Shown piece by piece: positions 12,854-26,349 of a stretch of DNA of 64,000 nucleotides. A program made the translations under genes and the position numbers. Below the pieces are notes generated by a model. That model had not been told where the DNA came from and made no database searches. It saw only the letters and a list, made by a program, of their open reading frames with translations. Numbering within the stretch: position 1 is the stretch's first letter; the number at the start of each line of letters is the position of its first letter. Source of the stretch: Felis catus (lineage: Eukaryota); contig NC_058368.1 in assembly GCF_018350175.1 (NCBI RefSeq), positions 232,440,001 through 232,504,000 of the forward strand. Direction: 5' to 3'.

Positions 12854-14199
12854 AATTCCTAACTCTATCTTAAATATATTGAAGACTACTGTGAATTAAT
12901 TGTATAGCATGAGCTAAGCTCACTTTATTTGTATTTCCCAACTCACAGATTTAGATTTAAATGTGATATACTGTATCTGATCTGGTATAGCTTTGCCTAT
13001 GTTCTTGCCTGAATATTCCCAGGGAAGGAGAAAAAAATGAAAACTTACATTCTTTCAGCCATTTGCATTTTTAAAGAGCATTAATTTTTTTAAATAAACA
13101 CTAATTTTACAATAATTTTAGATTTAAAAAAATGTTACAGTGTAAGTTTGGAGAATTCCTGAATACATACACTCTATCCACTATTGTTAACATGTTGCAT
13201 TCTGTGGAATATTTATCCCAACTAAGGAACCAATATGATATATTGTTAATTTAAATTCATACTTTATTTGATTTTCTTACTTTTTTCATAATGTCCTTTC
13301 TGTTTCAGGACCTCATCTAGGATAAAACATTAGATTTATTCATCATGCTTTTTTTAAAATAAGCAAGTTCTCTTTAGTGTTGAGAGACAACCTTCTTCCC
13401 TGAATTCCAAACACTGCCCTGGCTTTGTTTTGGGAACACGCTAGTCGGGAGATTTGCAGTGCAAATATCTGGTTACTTTATTATCTCAGTATAGTAATTA
13501 TAACTGAGCAGAATCATAAAATTTTAGAGACATTTAAGACCAGAAATCATCCAGTCTAACACCAACCCTAAATCATGCATTTAAAATATTTTGAATATAT
13601 TAATACATTAAATGTTAAAGGTATATTTTTTTCTCCATCGATACTCAAGGGCCAATGTTTGTACTCCAGAGCATCCTAAAACAGACCACCCTGCCCTTCA
13701 AGCCACACATTCTTTTAAGTGCATGCTATAGGCTATAAAATTCGTATTAGATCTCTACTACGAGTTGACCATCTCTTGTAACTGGAACTTCCTGACCCAA
13801 TCCCCAGGTGATGTCCTGCCCACCTTCCCGAGGAATTATAGTTGTTCACGATTCTCTTTTCTATGACATAGTGGTCCTCCAGGCACATGGATTTTAGCTC
13901 ATAGCTTTTGTCCCCATCAGAACCTACATTTCTGCTTAGCCTAAATGGCATCGACCTTGGTAGGGACTCTCTTACAGCAGTTTTATGGATTTCTTGTATG
14001 CACTGAGGTTTAGAATTAAAACTCTTGACACGCAGTTTCTGAACCTGGCTCAGAAGTGGCTTGGTGAAGCCCCAACGATTAGTCTGGTTCTAGAAACCCG
14101 AGTGCATTGTTCGTCACAGTGATGCTTCATGTAGCCAACTGAATGCACGTGGAATAAACACGTGGAATAAATGCACATGGAATAAAAGCAGAGTAATTA

Positions 14200-14750
14200 T
14201 AGGTGGAGATAAAGATCAACCTAATGAGAAAAGCAAAGGCTGTCTCTTCAGTGCTTACTGTAGCAAAGGAGTTGGCTACTATCACTTGTCTTTTAGCAGA
14301 GACCTGGCAGGCAGAGGAGTGGGCAATTGCACAGTGGGGAAAAAGGGGTGACTCCAGTTGTGCTCTGAATGGAGGCTGCTGGCGTGAGGAACCTGGAGGT
14401 GGGCTAAGCAGACACAGGCATCCTCTATGATTGGTCAGGGTACCTATTTGGGTTTATCTTGTTGGTCTTAAGTTAGAAGCAGGAACAAAAATCAGGGAAG
14501 CTGTCAGGTATTAACTAAGTTCTTGCCCCATTTGGCCAATCGTTACAGGGGTTATTGATTGGTTTGGGGGACCAGTCCCTGGAGATAGTGGTCTGGCTTC
14601 TTACAAGCCTGACTCATAGAGAGCAGGCTGGCTTCCTGGCCTGGTTCTGTAGATGAGTTGATTTGCTGGCTGGTTGCTGCAGATTGTGGGTCAGAGTTCC
14701 ATTTTCCTATATGGTCTGGAATTGTCCATTTGTATATCCAATCTTCCACA
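14200..14750 (-). mobile_element. ERV1-class solo LTR (MER89/90/110-like)
   Basis: Minus-strand tgacagcttccctgatttttgttcctgcttctaacttaagaccaac motif; TG start at ~14750. Confidence 0.6.
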
Positions 14751-17700
14751 TAATTGATTTCTAAAAATGTTTCTGTGCCCCTTCTTTTAAATTCTGCTCA
14801 GAGCTGCGGATCATGGAGATTTCTCTGGCTCTCCAGTGACACTCCAGATGCTGAGGTGATCCACACGACATCACTCACAATCTGCGATTCGTTAAGGTTT
14901 GCTTTACGCCGTAACATTTCATAAATGATGTGGGTTACAACGTAGACGGCAGTTGGCTTTTAAATTAAATGAAGTATTGTTTGGGGTAGTACATGGGTAA
15001 GTCTATGGAATATCAAATTTAAATATATCTCTGCTTTGGGAAATATGCAGTGAATTGGAAAGAAGAAACATATAATGTAGTCAATTTTAAAACAGGTCTT
15101 GCTGTCTTGCTGCTCTGCTATTTTTGGCAGAGTACGTTTTTATTTCCTGTACGATCAATCAAATTAACACAAAAACATGGCTGCCAGTCCCCCAGTAGCT
15201 GTGAGAAGGCAAGGTTTGCATCAAACCCAGCATCGAGCAAGCTAACGAAAAGTCAAACAGAAGAAGGATAAAACAGATTTTCAGTTAAGAATAAACTCAT
15301 AGGAGATAAGGATTTATTCAAAAATAACATTTCTGTGTTTTTAATGAGAAATGACTGTGAGGTCCTTCCTTCTTCAGCTGACATAGATATATATGGCGTT
15401 GTAGAAGCTGGTTGGAGTTACAGTAATTATTTGTTTACCCTCTTCTCCTGCAATTGAATCTGAGCTCCTCAGAGGCAGAAGCCAGGTTTGTTGCTTATGG
15501 CTTTCTATCCCCATCCACTCACTTCTAATTCCTCCTCTATAGAAAAAAAGAGAACATCTGATTCAGGGAACACGCCAGTGAATGTCAAACGAATGGGTAC
15601 GTGCAGAAATGAATGGATGAATGCTTTTTTTTTTTGATTCCCTGGTTTGTTCAAAGTATTAACAAGCCGTTTTATATTCTATAGCTATTTTATCCTTGGT
15701 GTACCCTTGTTTAGAATTGATTATGTACTTAATATTTTAGATGTCCTTCTAATATTAAAATCAAAGAATGTTATCAGCTGAATGAAATACAACATCCAAA
15801 ATGAAACCCTAGTGTATATTTCTCATTAGGGCTCATTGGGGATGTTTGGCCACATGTTCTCATGTAATTTATCAGTGAGGGTCTAATAAAAAACAACAAC
15901 AACAAAATGAAAACTATTTTGTATGTTTAAAGCAGAGACCATTAAAATGATGCTGCTTAACATATTCTGGAAACATTGAGAACCCAAAGGAGTTGGTAAA
16001 GCCATCCAGAGATGAACCACACAGGATGCTACTCTTGCCCAGGTTGGAGGCTCAGGGACAGGGTTGGGGTCACCCGAAGGCAGAGGAAAGCACACAATTC
16101 TGTCTGGATACACAGATGAGATACAGCTACTGCCAAAGGATCCATCAAAGATTGAGGGAAGGCAAGAAACTTTCTGGTTTCTCCCTTTCCGTTACCCTCC
16201 CATATCCTGTTGGAGCTCCTACTGTCAAGATCCTGCCAGAACAAAGCTGTCATGGAATAATGGGAAATACATCTTTCAGGGGGACCCTATGATGGAGAGT
16301 AGGGGGCAGGAAGGGGAAGAATGGATGAGAACCAACAAGTCCAGGAGCAATCCAAGGTGAGGGAGAGGGAGAAATTCATGATGATTATCCCAGAGTCTAA
16401 TGTGGTTCAGACGGCTGATCATGCTCAAGTTATTAACGCAGTTGAGGAAATTCACTGTTAGAGGAATTTTCCTGACCTCCTAATCAGAAGGGGAAAAAAA
16501 TGATTCCAACCCTCTTTCCAACAACTGTGTAATTCTGACTTCCCATATCTCTCCAAACTTACCTCAGGGTCTACATTCGCCCCATGTTTGTTGTCAATAT
16601 ATTGTTACTTCTGTGAATTCGATTGTCTTTTATATTTTAAGATGGTCCTTCTATTGTTGTCCTCGTATCATTCCAGACCCAAGAAACAATTGCTTACGCT
16701 TTATTCACCCATCTAAGGCTATTGATAAATGTGGGTAGAAGATACTTTACTGGAGAGCTGGGTGGGCTCACCTTGCCCACTGCATGCGATAGAACTTATG
16801 ATGCCCTGTGTCTCCTTTTAGCTCCTCTGACGCTCACAATGTTTTACTAACTTATTTTCACCAGTGTAGACCCTACTTCATTGTTCTACCTGCTCTTTTC
16901 TCTCCCTCCTCACTCCTGCATTCATGCCTCACTCTCTTGCTCTGAGATAGGACCTGGAGACTTGCAATCTTGTTATGCCAAGCATTTAAGTCACCTCAGC
17001 TTTCATTGGTAAACTGAGCTTCACGTCCATCTAAAGTGTTTTGTAGATCAATGAGAACTCCCCCGTTATAGTATCTTCTCTATAGAAAATGGTAGTGGAT
17101 TTAAATAATTAATAAATCATCATTACCCAGACCATCTTGGCCCCATAAAGGATACAGGATGAGTGTGTTTAGAGATAGATAATGAGATCAGGTTTTAGAA
17201 GTTTAAATTTCAATCGCCTTAGGATGTTTTCATGAAATTGTCCTGTATATAGTTTGGAAATGTGGATGTAAGTCCCAGAAAAAAGTCAAAGCATTGAAGG
17301 ACATTTAAAAGTTGTCATTGGCAGCTAAAGACACAGGAACGAATAGTAGTGTCTGCAGACAACATGAGGACTGGGAAATTGGGCCTCTTGTCAGACTTTT
17401 GAGTTAACAGCAGATAATGGGAGAGAGTGGGGAGGAGGAGAAGAAGATATAGACTATGGAGAGCTGAATTGTGAAGAAGTGTTACCAGGAAAAGGTGTCA
17501 GAGACTTGGTGATAATTGTGAAAGGGCAAGCGGCTCCCAAAACATACTTTAACAGCTGACTTTAAAATGTCTCTTGGAAGGAAAACAGTTTCATTGGATA
17601 TGGCAAATTACAGGCCACTGCTAGCTTAGCAAATGCAGTTTCTGGAAAATAACAAAGAAACCAATTTGGTGACTTGGCAACTTGGCCAATGAATGGGAGG

Positions 17701-18849
17701 TAAGGAATTATACTGAGCGGCTCTAGACGGCTCTATATAGGCATTTGGAAGTAAAGGGAAGAGCAGGGATAAGTCAACTACATGAGAGGGAGAATTGATG
17801 GGAATATTTGGACAGATTTCTTTCAGAGATGATGATGGATTGAGCTTGCCTTCAAGCAGGAGAAAGAAGACAAAAGCAATCGAAGTCATGCTTACTGGTG
17901 TAAGGTAAGATAAAGTCACACGTACCAGAGAGGGATTGGCCTTGGTCCGGAAGCAATGCTATTGTCTACCTGGAACTATATGAAAAAAATGGTGGGGTGC
18001 GAGATTCTTAAAATATCTGCTAGTTGTCTGCCTCCAGCTTCTACAAGGATCTGAAGGAAACCAGCAGAGAAGATGGAACAAATAGTTAATTAACGTATGG
18101 CATTTGTCTCAGATAAAGAAGCCCAACATGGATGGCTTGGGCCTGATGGGCCAGTCTAGACTGGATGTGAGGTGCACAAATGTTGTCAACTGGACAGAAT
18201 GCTCCATGAATGAAAACCACTCATCTTTCCCTTTTTTCACACACGTAGGCACACCTGTTCATTCTGTCCTCCATATTTTTCTCACTTTAGTGGGGAGAAG
18301 GAAAACAAATTTCTCATGGGAGTGAGATGCTGGTCAAAGCCTTAGATTTGTTTCCTTTTTTCCTCTGGATTCTGCCTGTCCCTTCTAGAGTGCCAGATGT
18401 CGGTTTTGTGCAGAGGGAGCCAGCTTTACCTGAGAACTCAGTATAGAAGAGCCAAGGGGATGTTGAAGTTAGCAGGGCCAAAAGAGAGGGGTGAGTATGA
18501 TGTCATAAGGAATGAGAACAAACATAAGATCACAAAGAAAAGAATCAAAGAAGAAGAAACCCTAAGAAAAAAGGTTCTCAAAGGGACTCCCCAAGTGGAT
18601 TCTACAAGTTTTAGTCTTTACGCTGAGAATCTACTAATTGCACCATCGTGTCTCACAGTGACCTTGATTTTGAGTGTTATCCTGGTCATTCCAGATAAAG
18701 AAGTGAGTGCCACTAATTAAAAGGAGGTGTGGAATGAATGCAAAGGATTGTAGTGGTTCATCTGGGGGATGGGAAAGGCAGGGATTGGGATGATAGGAAT
18801 ACTGAATATGAGCAGAGGAGAGTCGCCAACACAATGTCATGTACTTTCA

Positions 18850-19530
18850 TCTCATCTCATCTCATTCATTCATTCATTCATTCATTGAGTCAATTGGAGA
18901 AAAGTTTATTTGAGATACAGTAAATGCCTTGGGCCTCTCAGTGAGAATACTCAAGAAGTAATTTGCTCTGTGTTCTGGAGGAGTATCCAGTCCAGTAGGA
19001 GAGGCAGCTAAAAATTGAGTTATAACATTATGTGAAATCTGAGGTTATGGCCTGAATGGTGCTTATTCTAGCCTTGGGAGATCAAAGAAGGCTTTCCTGG
19101 GAAGGTCACGCTTAATCTGAGGACTGATGATACTCACTTATGTGAAAAACTGGTAAAAGTCAGGCCAGAAAATGAGTGTAGTGTGTAGATGAGAGACTGC
19201 AAAGGTCCAGAGGGTGGGCACAGTGGGAAAACCCACCCAGCCTAAAGGCAAGGATAGTTGGAGCCCAGGATTCCAGGAGGTGACTATGTTTGAGAAAGTT
19301 GCAATTCAAAGCAGAGCCTGGATTTTGTATTGAGGCAAAAGGGAGTCCTTGAATTGATGTGCATTTTTAGAAGAACTGCTCTCAATTAGCTGGGGTAGAA
19401 ATTAAAGGAAATAGATCAGTGACCAGGAGCTTATTTCAGAGGACAGTTGAGAAGTGCCTGCACCAACATTGTATGTGGGAAAATGGAAAGAGGTAAACAA
19501 ATCTGAACCATATGAAGACAGTGAAGTTGA
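18850..19530 (-). mobile_element. L2 fragment
   Basis: (ttca)n...tttatttgag L2 tail followed by typical L2 body. Confidence 0.7.
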
Positions 19531-19549
19531 CAGAAGGATTTTTTTAAAT

Positions 19550-19885
19550 CTGGTATCTTAGTGCACGTAGGCTGCTGTAACAAAAATACCATAAACTGTA
19601 AACTGGGTAGACTATTAACAACAGAAATTCATTTCTCACAGTGTGAAGGTCTGAAGTCCAAGATGAAGACACTGGTGCAGACCACTTCCTGGTTCAGAGA
19701 TGGCCATCTTTTCGCTGTGTCTTCACCTTGGGAGAGGAGTGAGGGGCTCCCTGGGGTCTATTTTATGATGGTATTAATCCCATTCAAGGGGCCCCACCCT
19801 CAGGACCTAATCACTTCCCGAACACCCCACCTCCTAATACCTTTCCATTAGGAATCTGATGTCAACATATGAATTTGGGGGTGGG
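19550..19885 (-). mobile_element. MaLR LTR (MLT1A/B-like)
   Basis: ctgctgtaacaaaaatacca...acaacagaaattcatttctcacag...atatgaatttggggg. Confidence 0.85.
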
Positions 19886-21445
19886 AAAACATCTGGTCTT
19901 TGCATCTGGCTATATCCTGGTTTCACCTTGCTCACATCTGATCAAATATATTCCACTATTCTTGTCCAGGATGTTTTGATTTCGTTCAGAACAACTACAG
20001 ACAGAGGGAGTGGACTGGCTGTGTGCTGTAACTCGAACCAGTCAATGTTAATATATGAATAACTATCAATGAAACATGACTGACCAAATACACATTTGGC
20101 TCAGAATGACAATATTTATATTAGTTTCTGTTACTTGAGAATCTGCCAGGTATTGATTTCATCTTACATAATACACATACTTAACTGCATCTACATTTGT
20201 GTATGAGGAACAGCACAACATGAGAATTAGGCAGCTTGCCCACCATACATGGCTGGTAAGTCTGGGGGCCAGAGTCAAGGCCAGAGGTGTCCCACTCTAA
20301 AACCTTGTCCTTGGGGCAGAGCCTTGGCCAACTGGGATTCTTCCATTCTGGGAAAGGAGCTCCCTTTGTGTGACTACTGGCTTCTCTTCACTCTCCTCAC
20401 TGTGCCCAGGAAAGAGCTGGGTGTAAACTCTAGGAAGAATGATCTCAGTGGCTCAGTGCCATCCTGTTCTCTGTCCCCTTTGGGAGCACCTGTCTGCCCC
20501 AGTGTGTCTGTCCCGCAGGTCTTGTCCTTGTCCTGGGCCACAGAGGGAGAGTTGCTGGTTTCTTTCCTAGAAGCCAATGCCCCCCACTCATCCGTTGTCA
20601 GGAATGGGTGTGACGATCGGATCAGGCATCTGCCCATTACTCCTCAGTTGGTGCAAAGCCCAGGCAGGGGAACAGGTGCAGTGTGCTCGGGCCCCATCTG
20701 ACGCCAACCCCTGGGTCTCCCCATCACCCCACTGCCTGTCACGGTGAGATAGAACAGTGTGGACCACGACCACACTGATTTGTGTGCCCTTGGTTCTGGG
20801 AGCAAGATTGAAGCCCAAGCCCCGCCCTCACCCTGCCCTGAGTGACGTCACTTGCCTGTGGCTGCAGCTTGCTAATGTCATCTCCATGCGTGTGTCCTCG
20901 GAGAGGACCCTTGGCCGGGCAGAGACTCAGAACCTGAGGCCATGATGTGGATTCTGGTGCCGGCACCAAGTGCCATGGCTTCTACTGGTGGGTGGTCTCT
21001 CAACTTTGCCTCAATCTATTGAATTCCTTTGAAAATATTAAAGGCAATTTGTAGAACATCTTTACAAATGATATTGAAATGCTAAAAAATCAAGACATCA
21101 AGGTACAGTATTTGCTCAGGGCAGGTTTTCTCATGTTTAATATTTCCTCTCAGATTCTTTTCATCGTTCTTTTTCACATAACATTTTGTGCTGTAATTTT
21201 CTCTTTTTAGGTCTTCATCTTTGCTAAGCCATGTGTTGGAAGAAATAAAATAAATTTATTTTGTTCTAAATTTATCTTACACTAGAAACATTCCTTGGCA
21301 AATTAGTTAAAGTCAGCCTTTTATTTTGAAAAGAAATTGCAAGCTGTTGTTTAAAAACAAGGTTACTTTTTATAAAAGAAGAAAGGAACATAATCAGTAT
21401 TGGTAATGTGGTGACCTGAATTTCACTGCTTCGAAATGAGGACTA

Positions 21446-21641
21446 GGGTCACCTGGGTGGTTCAGTTGGTTAAGCGTCTGACTCTTGGTTTTGGCTCAGG
21501 TCATGATCTCAAGGTTCATGGGTTTGAGCCCCAAATAGGGCTCTGTGATGGTGGCGTGGAGCCTGCTTGGGATTCTCTCTCCCCCTCTCTCTGTCCCTTC
21601 CGCACTCGTGCTATCCCTATTAAATAAACTTAAAAAGCAAA
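21446..21641 (+). mobile_element. CanSINE
   Basis: TSD gaaa(t/c)gaggacta. Confidence 0.9.
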
Positions 21642-22654
21642 AAGAAACGAGGACTACCGTGAGCAAAGTTTTCTCCTCTCTGATGTTAACCATGACAAAT
21701 TATTAGAGGAATGAAAACCACTTCAGAGTTTGAGAGGTTGGGTATATTTTCTGTTGCCTGAGAATAGTGCTTACTCTCTTAGTTATTGATTTGGAATGAA
21801 GCTTTCTGAAGCACTGTGGATTCGCACCTGGTCCGGGTTTTACAACCACCTATCCTCAAGGGACCGTATCAGAACATGTTTCTTAGAAATCAACCTAGTT
21901 TGCAAATTGAAAGTTAAATATTTGATTCTGGTATATATGAATGCAAAAGGTTAATGCCCTTAAAAATGAGGTGATTCGCTGTAAAGATAAATGAAATGCA
22001 AACCATAATCATTTTAGTTTCTGCTAGTAACTTTAATTTCCCCTATTGGTAATTGTAGTGTTGGGGTTGAGATGTACGACACATTACATTTTGGAAAAGC
22101 CCTCAAATCGTTCACTATATTATAGGGGGAAATATATAGAGTAAGAGAGCCAGATCTGCTTTATATTTATTGAGCAAATTATTCTTCCCCCAGTGAAGCT
22201 GCCTTTAAAAGTTTTACTAGTGACTTAGATAATAACTGCCAATCATTAAAACAAAAAAACAGCAAAGAAACATCCAAGAGCAGTAGAAAGAAGAAAGTAA
22301 TGAATCACCAAAAATTGAAATAATCAATACAGATAAGAGAAATGCATTTCATACCTTTAAAATGCATACATTAATCTATTCATACGCCATATATATATAC
22401 ATATATATATATATAGTATTTTATATGTAATGCAGACATAAAAATATGCATATGCATAGAGTAAAAAGCATAAGCAAATGAACCAATATGGGACACATAT
22501 TGTGACCAAAATATTTAAACAATGTAATTCAGTATCAACTAACTCCAAATAATTTAAGCTCAAAATTCTAATATTTAGTTCTCAAATGGCCGATACTTAT
22601 ATTATGACAACTCTTAAACTTTCTGTATTATTTGAAAACTTCCTGAAATAAAAA

Positions 22655-23685
22655 GAGCATTGACCCCACGAAGAAGTCTATGCTCCAACCTCTGAAGCCT
22701 GTAAATTTGTTATATCACGTCTTGTTCAGATGGCTCAGACCCTGTCCTCTTGGGCTCTGTAATATCCCTATAATTATGAAACAAGAATAGTATTGCACTG
22801 TAATCTATCATGTAAAACTATATATATGGAAAACTTGACCAGTTTTTAAAGAAATGTATCATGATCACAAAGGCACAATAAAGCTGTATCCTAAGGACTC
22901 CTAGCAACGAAGCTAACAATAAACTTAGTGAACGCAAACCATATTCATATTCTCGGTTCATTTATTTTTGGAAAAGTCTAGCATATCCAGTAGTTTCAGA
23001 GATTTCATTTTAACTTTAAAATTCTAATCTATTTAATTGGTAGCTAGCAGCCTGTTATAATAAGCTTTAGAAAACCATAAGAAATGCTTTGTTAATGTGT
23101 ATAATTCCTATGTAAAGACGTAGCTTCTCTGTTTTTTTTTTTTTTAATGAAGAAATGCACTTTTTCCCCCCCAAAAACGATTTACCAGATGTACTTAAAT
23201 TTATGGACCTTGAGATGGGGTGGTTACCCTGGGTCATCCAGTTAGGCCCAATCATATCATATGAGCCCTGAAAATTAGAGAACTTTCTCCAGCTGAGGTA
23301 GACAGGAATGCCAGAGAGATTTCAAGCCCGGGAGGAACTTGACTTTGGCTTTGAAAATGAAGGTGGTCATGAGCCAGGGAATTCAAGTATCTTCTAGAGC
23401 CTCTGGCCAGAAGCTAACGAGCAAATGGGGACCACAATGCCACATCCACCTGGAACCGAACTCTGCCATCAACCAGCATGAGTCCCAAAGTGGATGCTTT
23501 TCGGCCTCCAGCAGGAACAGCTGTGCTGGCATCTTGACTTGTGAGGACAGGAGCAAAGGAATCAGCCAAACCATGTGGATTTCTGACCAGAAATTTCTGG
23601 TCAGAATTGTGAGACAATACATTTTCTGTTTTAAGCCTCTAAATCTGTGGTAATCTGTCATGGCAGCAACACTAAAGTGAATACA
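22655..23685 (+). mobile_element. MaLR LTR (MLT1D/E-like) split into 22655-22720 and 23170-23685
   Basis: 5' piece ...cctgtaaatttgttatatcac resumes as ccaaaaacgatttaccagatgt...ggaccttgagatgggg; 3' end ttttaagcctctaaatctgtggtaatctgtcatggcagc. Confidence 0.8.
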
Positions 23686-23996
23686 ATACCCATATTGTTT
23701 TTATTTTTCATTTATCCCAAACCGATAGAAATATCTAAGCAGTGTGGTCCATCTTCCACCGAGCAATCTTCGATTCGTGGCTAAAAAGTGCACGAAGGTG
23801 TGTTTGGGAGTAGCGAATTCGCCATGGCGGCACTTTTCTGAGTGTAGGAAGGACGCGGTATGCAACCACGGGTTTTAAGTTCAGCTACTTGTTTCAGAAT
23901 ACAGAGAGCCAGTATTAAGTCATCCAAAATAATAAGGAGGCAGAGAACAAACAACTAAAACGGTTGCCGTAATTCAGAGTAATACAAGAAATATTC

Positions 23997-24205
23997 TTTT
24001 TTTAAATATTTGTTTATTTTTGAGAAAGAGTGGGACAGTGTGCAAGCAGGGAGGGGCAGAGAGAGAAGGAGACCCAGAATCCGAAGCAGGCTCCGGGCTC
24101 CGAGCTGTCAGTGCAGAGCCCGACACGGGGCTCCAACCCACAGACCTTGAGACCATGACCTGAGCGGAAGTCAGATCTTAACCGACTGAGCCACCCGGGT
24201 GCCCC
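23997..24205 (-). mobile_element. CanSINE
   Basis: TSD acaagaaatatt at 23984 and 24206. Confidence 0.93.
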
Positions 24206-26349
24206 ACAAGAAATATTATTTTTTGTTCTACCTAAAAAGCATGCCTCTGTTTACATGGAGTTTAATTTATGGCTAATTAGCTGGCAGTTAGGTGGCTTTG
24301 TTTCACTTCATGTGTCTTCTCTCCTAATGTTTCGATCTGAAAGCGATCTTTCCTCTTTTTCCTCATTTTTCCGGCCCCTGTGTTAGTATGTTGACATAAT
24401 GCTGTGCTTACATTTTCCATCTACCCACCCCCCAAATAAGATCTTTTCAACCGAGTCAGGATGCACACTTTTAAATTTGGCCCTAGTTTTCACCAAAAGC
24501 CCCTTGCTTCCTCTAAATTCTGTGAATCCTAAATACACCATTTTGGAAGTCTGACTTTTATTTTTTTAATCTAAACTTGACATTGATTGATCAATATCAG
24601 CATTTTCTCAGAACTGGCAACTTGGTTTCTCTTCAATGAGTAATAAATCAAAGCAGCTTGCACGGAAACACTTTGATTCAGACTCATTGAAGGAGATGCA
24701 GTTCTCATTGGACTTGATCAAAGGCTGATCATCATTAAGAAATATAGGAATTTTCACCATGTGACTATATTGACCTAATAATTAAAGATACTATAATGTT
24801 CCGTGTGAATTCTTGCTTCTGTCTGCCTTCTTTCCTTCTCAATTCTTTGTGGCACATGCCGAGCAGAGAAGATTATCCGGTTGCTTCTCTGATGCTGGAG
24901 GAACACCGGTTTCTGTCCATGGTGTTCCTGTGCAAAGACTGAGACAGGCCCTCCACGGTGACCCAGATCATTGTCCGGAGGTGTCATTAATATGGGGAAC
25001 TGCACTCTCCCCCCACATTCTTCAATCAAGCGGTGGTAAAATCCTGCCAGGTCTCTATTTTAAGTCAGTAGGAAAATCTCACAGGCAGGAGTCCCCGCCG
25101 CAGGGGCTGTTCTTGGAAATGAAAATGTCTTGGCTTCTTAAAGTGTTGGAAATGACAGCGAAATATCTTTTACACTATTACCAGGTATTTTCCCTTTGCT
25201 TTGTGTTTACTCTTAAAACCATGCAGGTCACATAAATGAAAATCCATAAAAGAAAACAAATCAGGAGGAATATTCTTCCAGTTGGCTCAACCATATCAGT
25301 AGATAGGACACATGTACTGGTATGAATAAAAGGCATTACTTGCATTTTTCAGGAAAGAAAATGCAGCCAACGCCCTGTAGTAAGAGTGTGGGGGTCACAG
25401 CTTCTGGAACTGCTAAGACCCTTGATTTGGTTCTGTCTCTTCTCTTTGTAGGGTTATCCCCCAACACCATGGCAGCAGGGCCACCGCATGGAGCTGCAGA
25501 AAGGACCAGAGACAATGTCTCCATCCCCGTTTGCCTGGGGCTGTAGCTCGACATCCCTGTCCCAGGACCTCATGCGCCTGAGGTGTTACCACGGACAGCT
25601 CTTAGTCTGGGTCTCAAGTGGGTAGAAAAGAAGCTTCCCAATGTCATCGTTGACGCTCATGGAATAAGACAATCTGCTCAAATAATTCTTGCATGTGTCT
25701 ATACGGGATTTCCTTATTTTTTAACATGAACATTTGGAGCCGAGAGCCTGAAGACAAAGACTTGGATCTTGACTCCCTGCCCCAGCTTCTCGTCCATGGA
25801 ATGGTCCAGCCATCTGTCCTCTTTCCTTGTCACGGCATCGTTGGCTTCTCTCGGTGAGCGAATGCCTACTTCTCCTGTTGGAAGAAACTGACTTGGGACC
25901 TGTGAGCTGACATCGCTCATTTTCTCTAGAGATTTGGCAGAATAGGGCTCTGACGGCTGTCCTCCCCTGCTCCACGGCGGCCCCTCCAAGTGCCCTGTGC
26001 AAGGCAGACCTTCCCCTGCGGAGGAGGAATGTTCTGCCTGCCAGGGAAAATGGTACAGCTGGGCTGCCTGGTTAGGACTTTCAAACCAGCGCTCAGCGCC
26101 CAAGTACGGAGGTGCCTTCAGGGCAAAGCAGGAACGGCAAATTCTGAAATCCTTCTGGGCTCTTCTGATTCTGTTATGTAAGTTGCTTTAACAGGTGTAT
26201 TGAAGCAGATCTAAAATTAGCCAACAGACTTTTTCCAAATCATTTCTCTTGGAAAGCTATTGGCCTGGAGTGATCAGCCTCACGTGTTCCGAAAGCCGGG
26301 GAGGGGGGTTAAGGATGGGCTGAAGAAAGAAGTGACAGGGAGGAGAGAT

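Noticed and set aside
14144..14186. Three tandem cac(g/a)tggaataaa units (two E-boxes)
   Set aside because: Looks like a simple slippage duplication beside an LTR end; no evidence of function.
23770..23880. CpG-rich patch with gccATGGcg on both strands and an EK..TPK echo of JMJD1C
   Set aside because: Short palindrome (cgccatggcg); frames close quickly and the peptide match is too weak to call.
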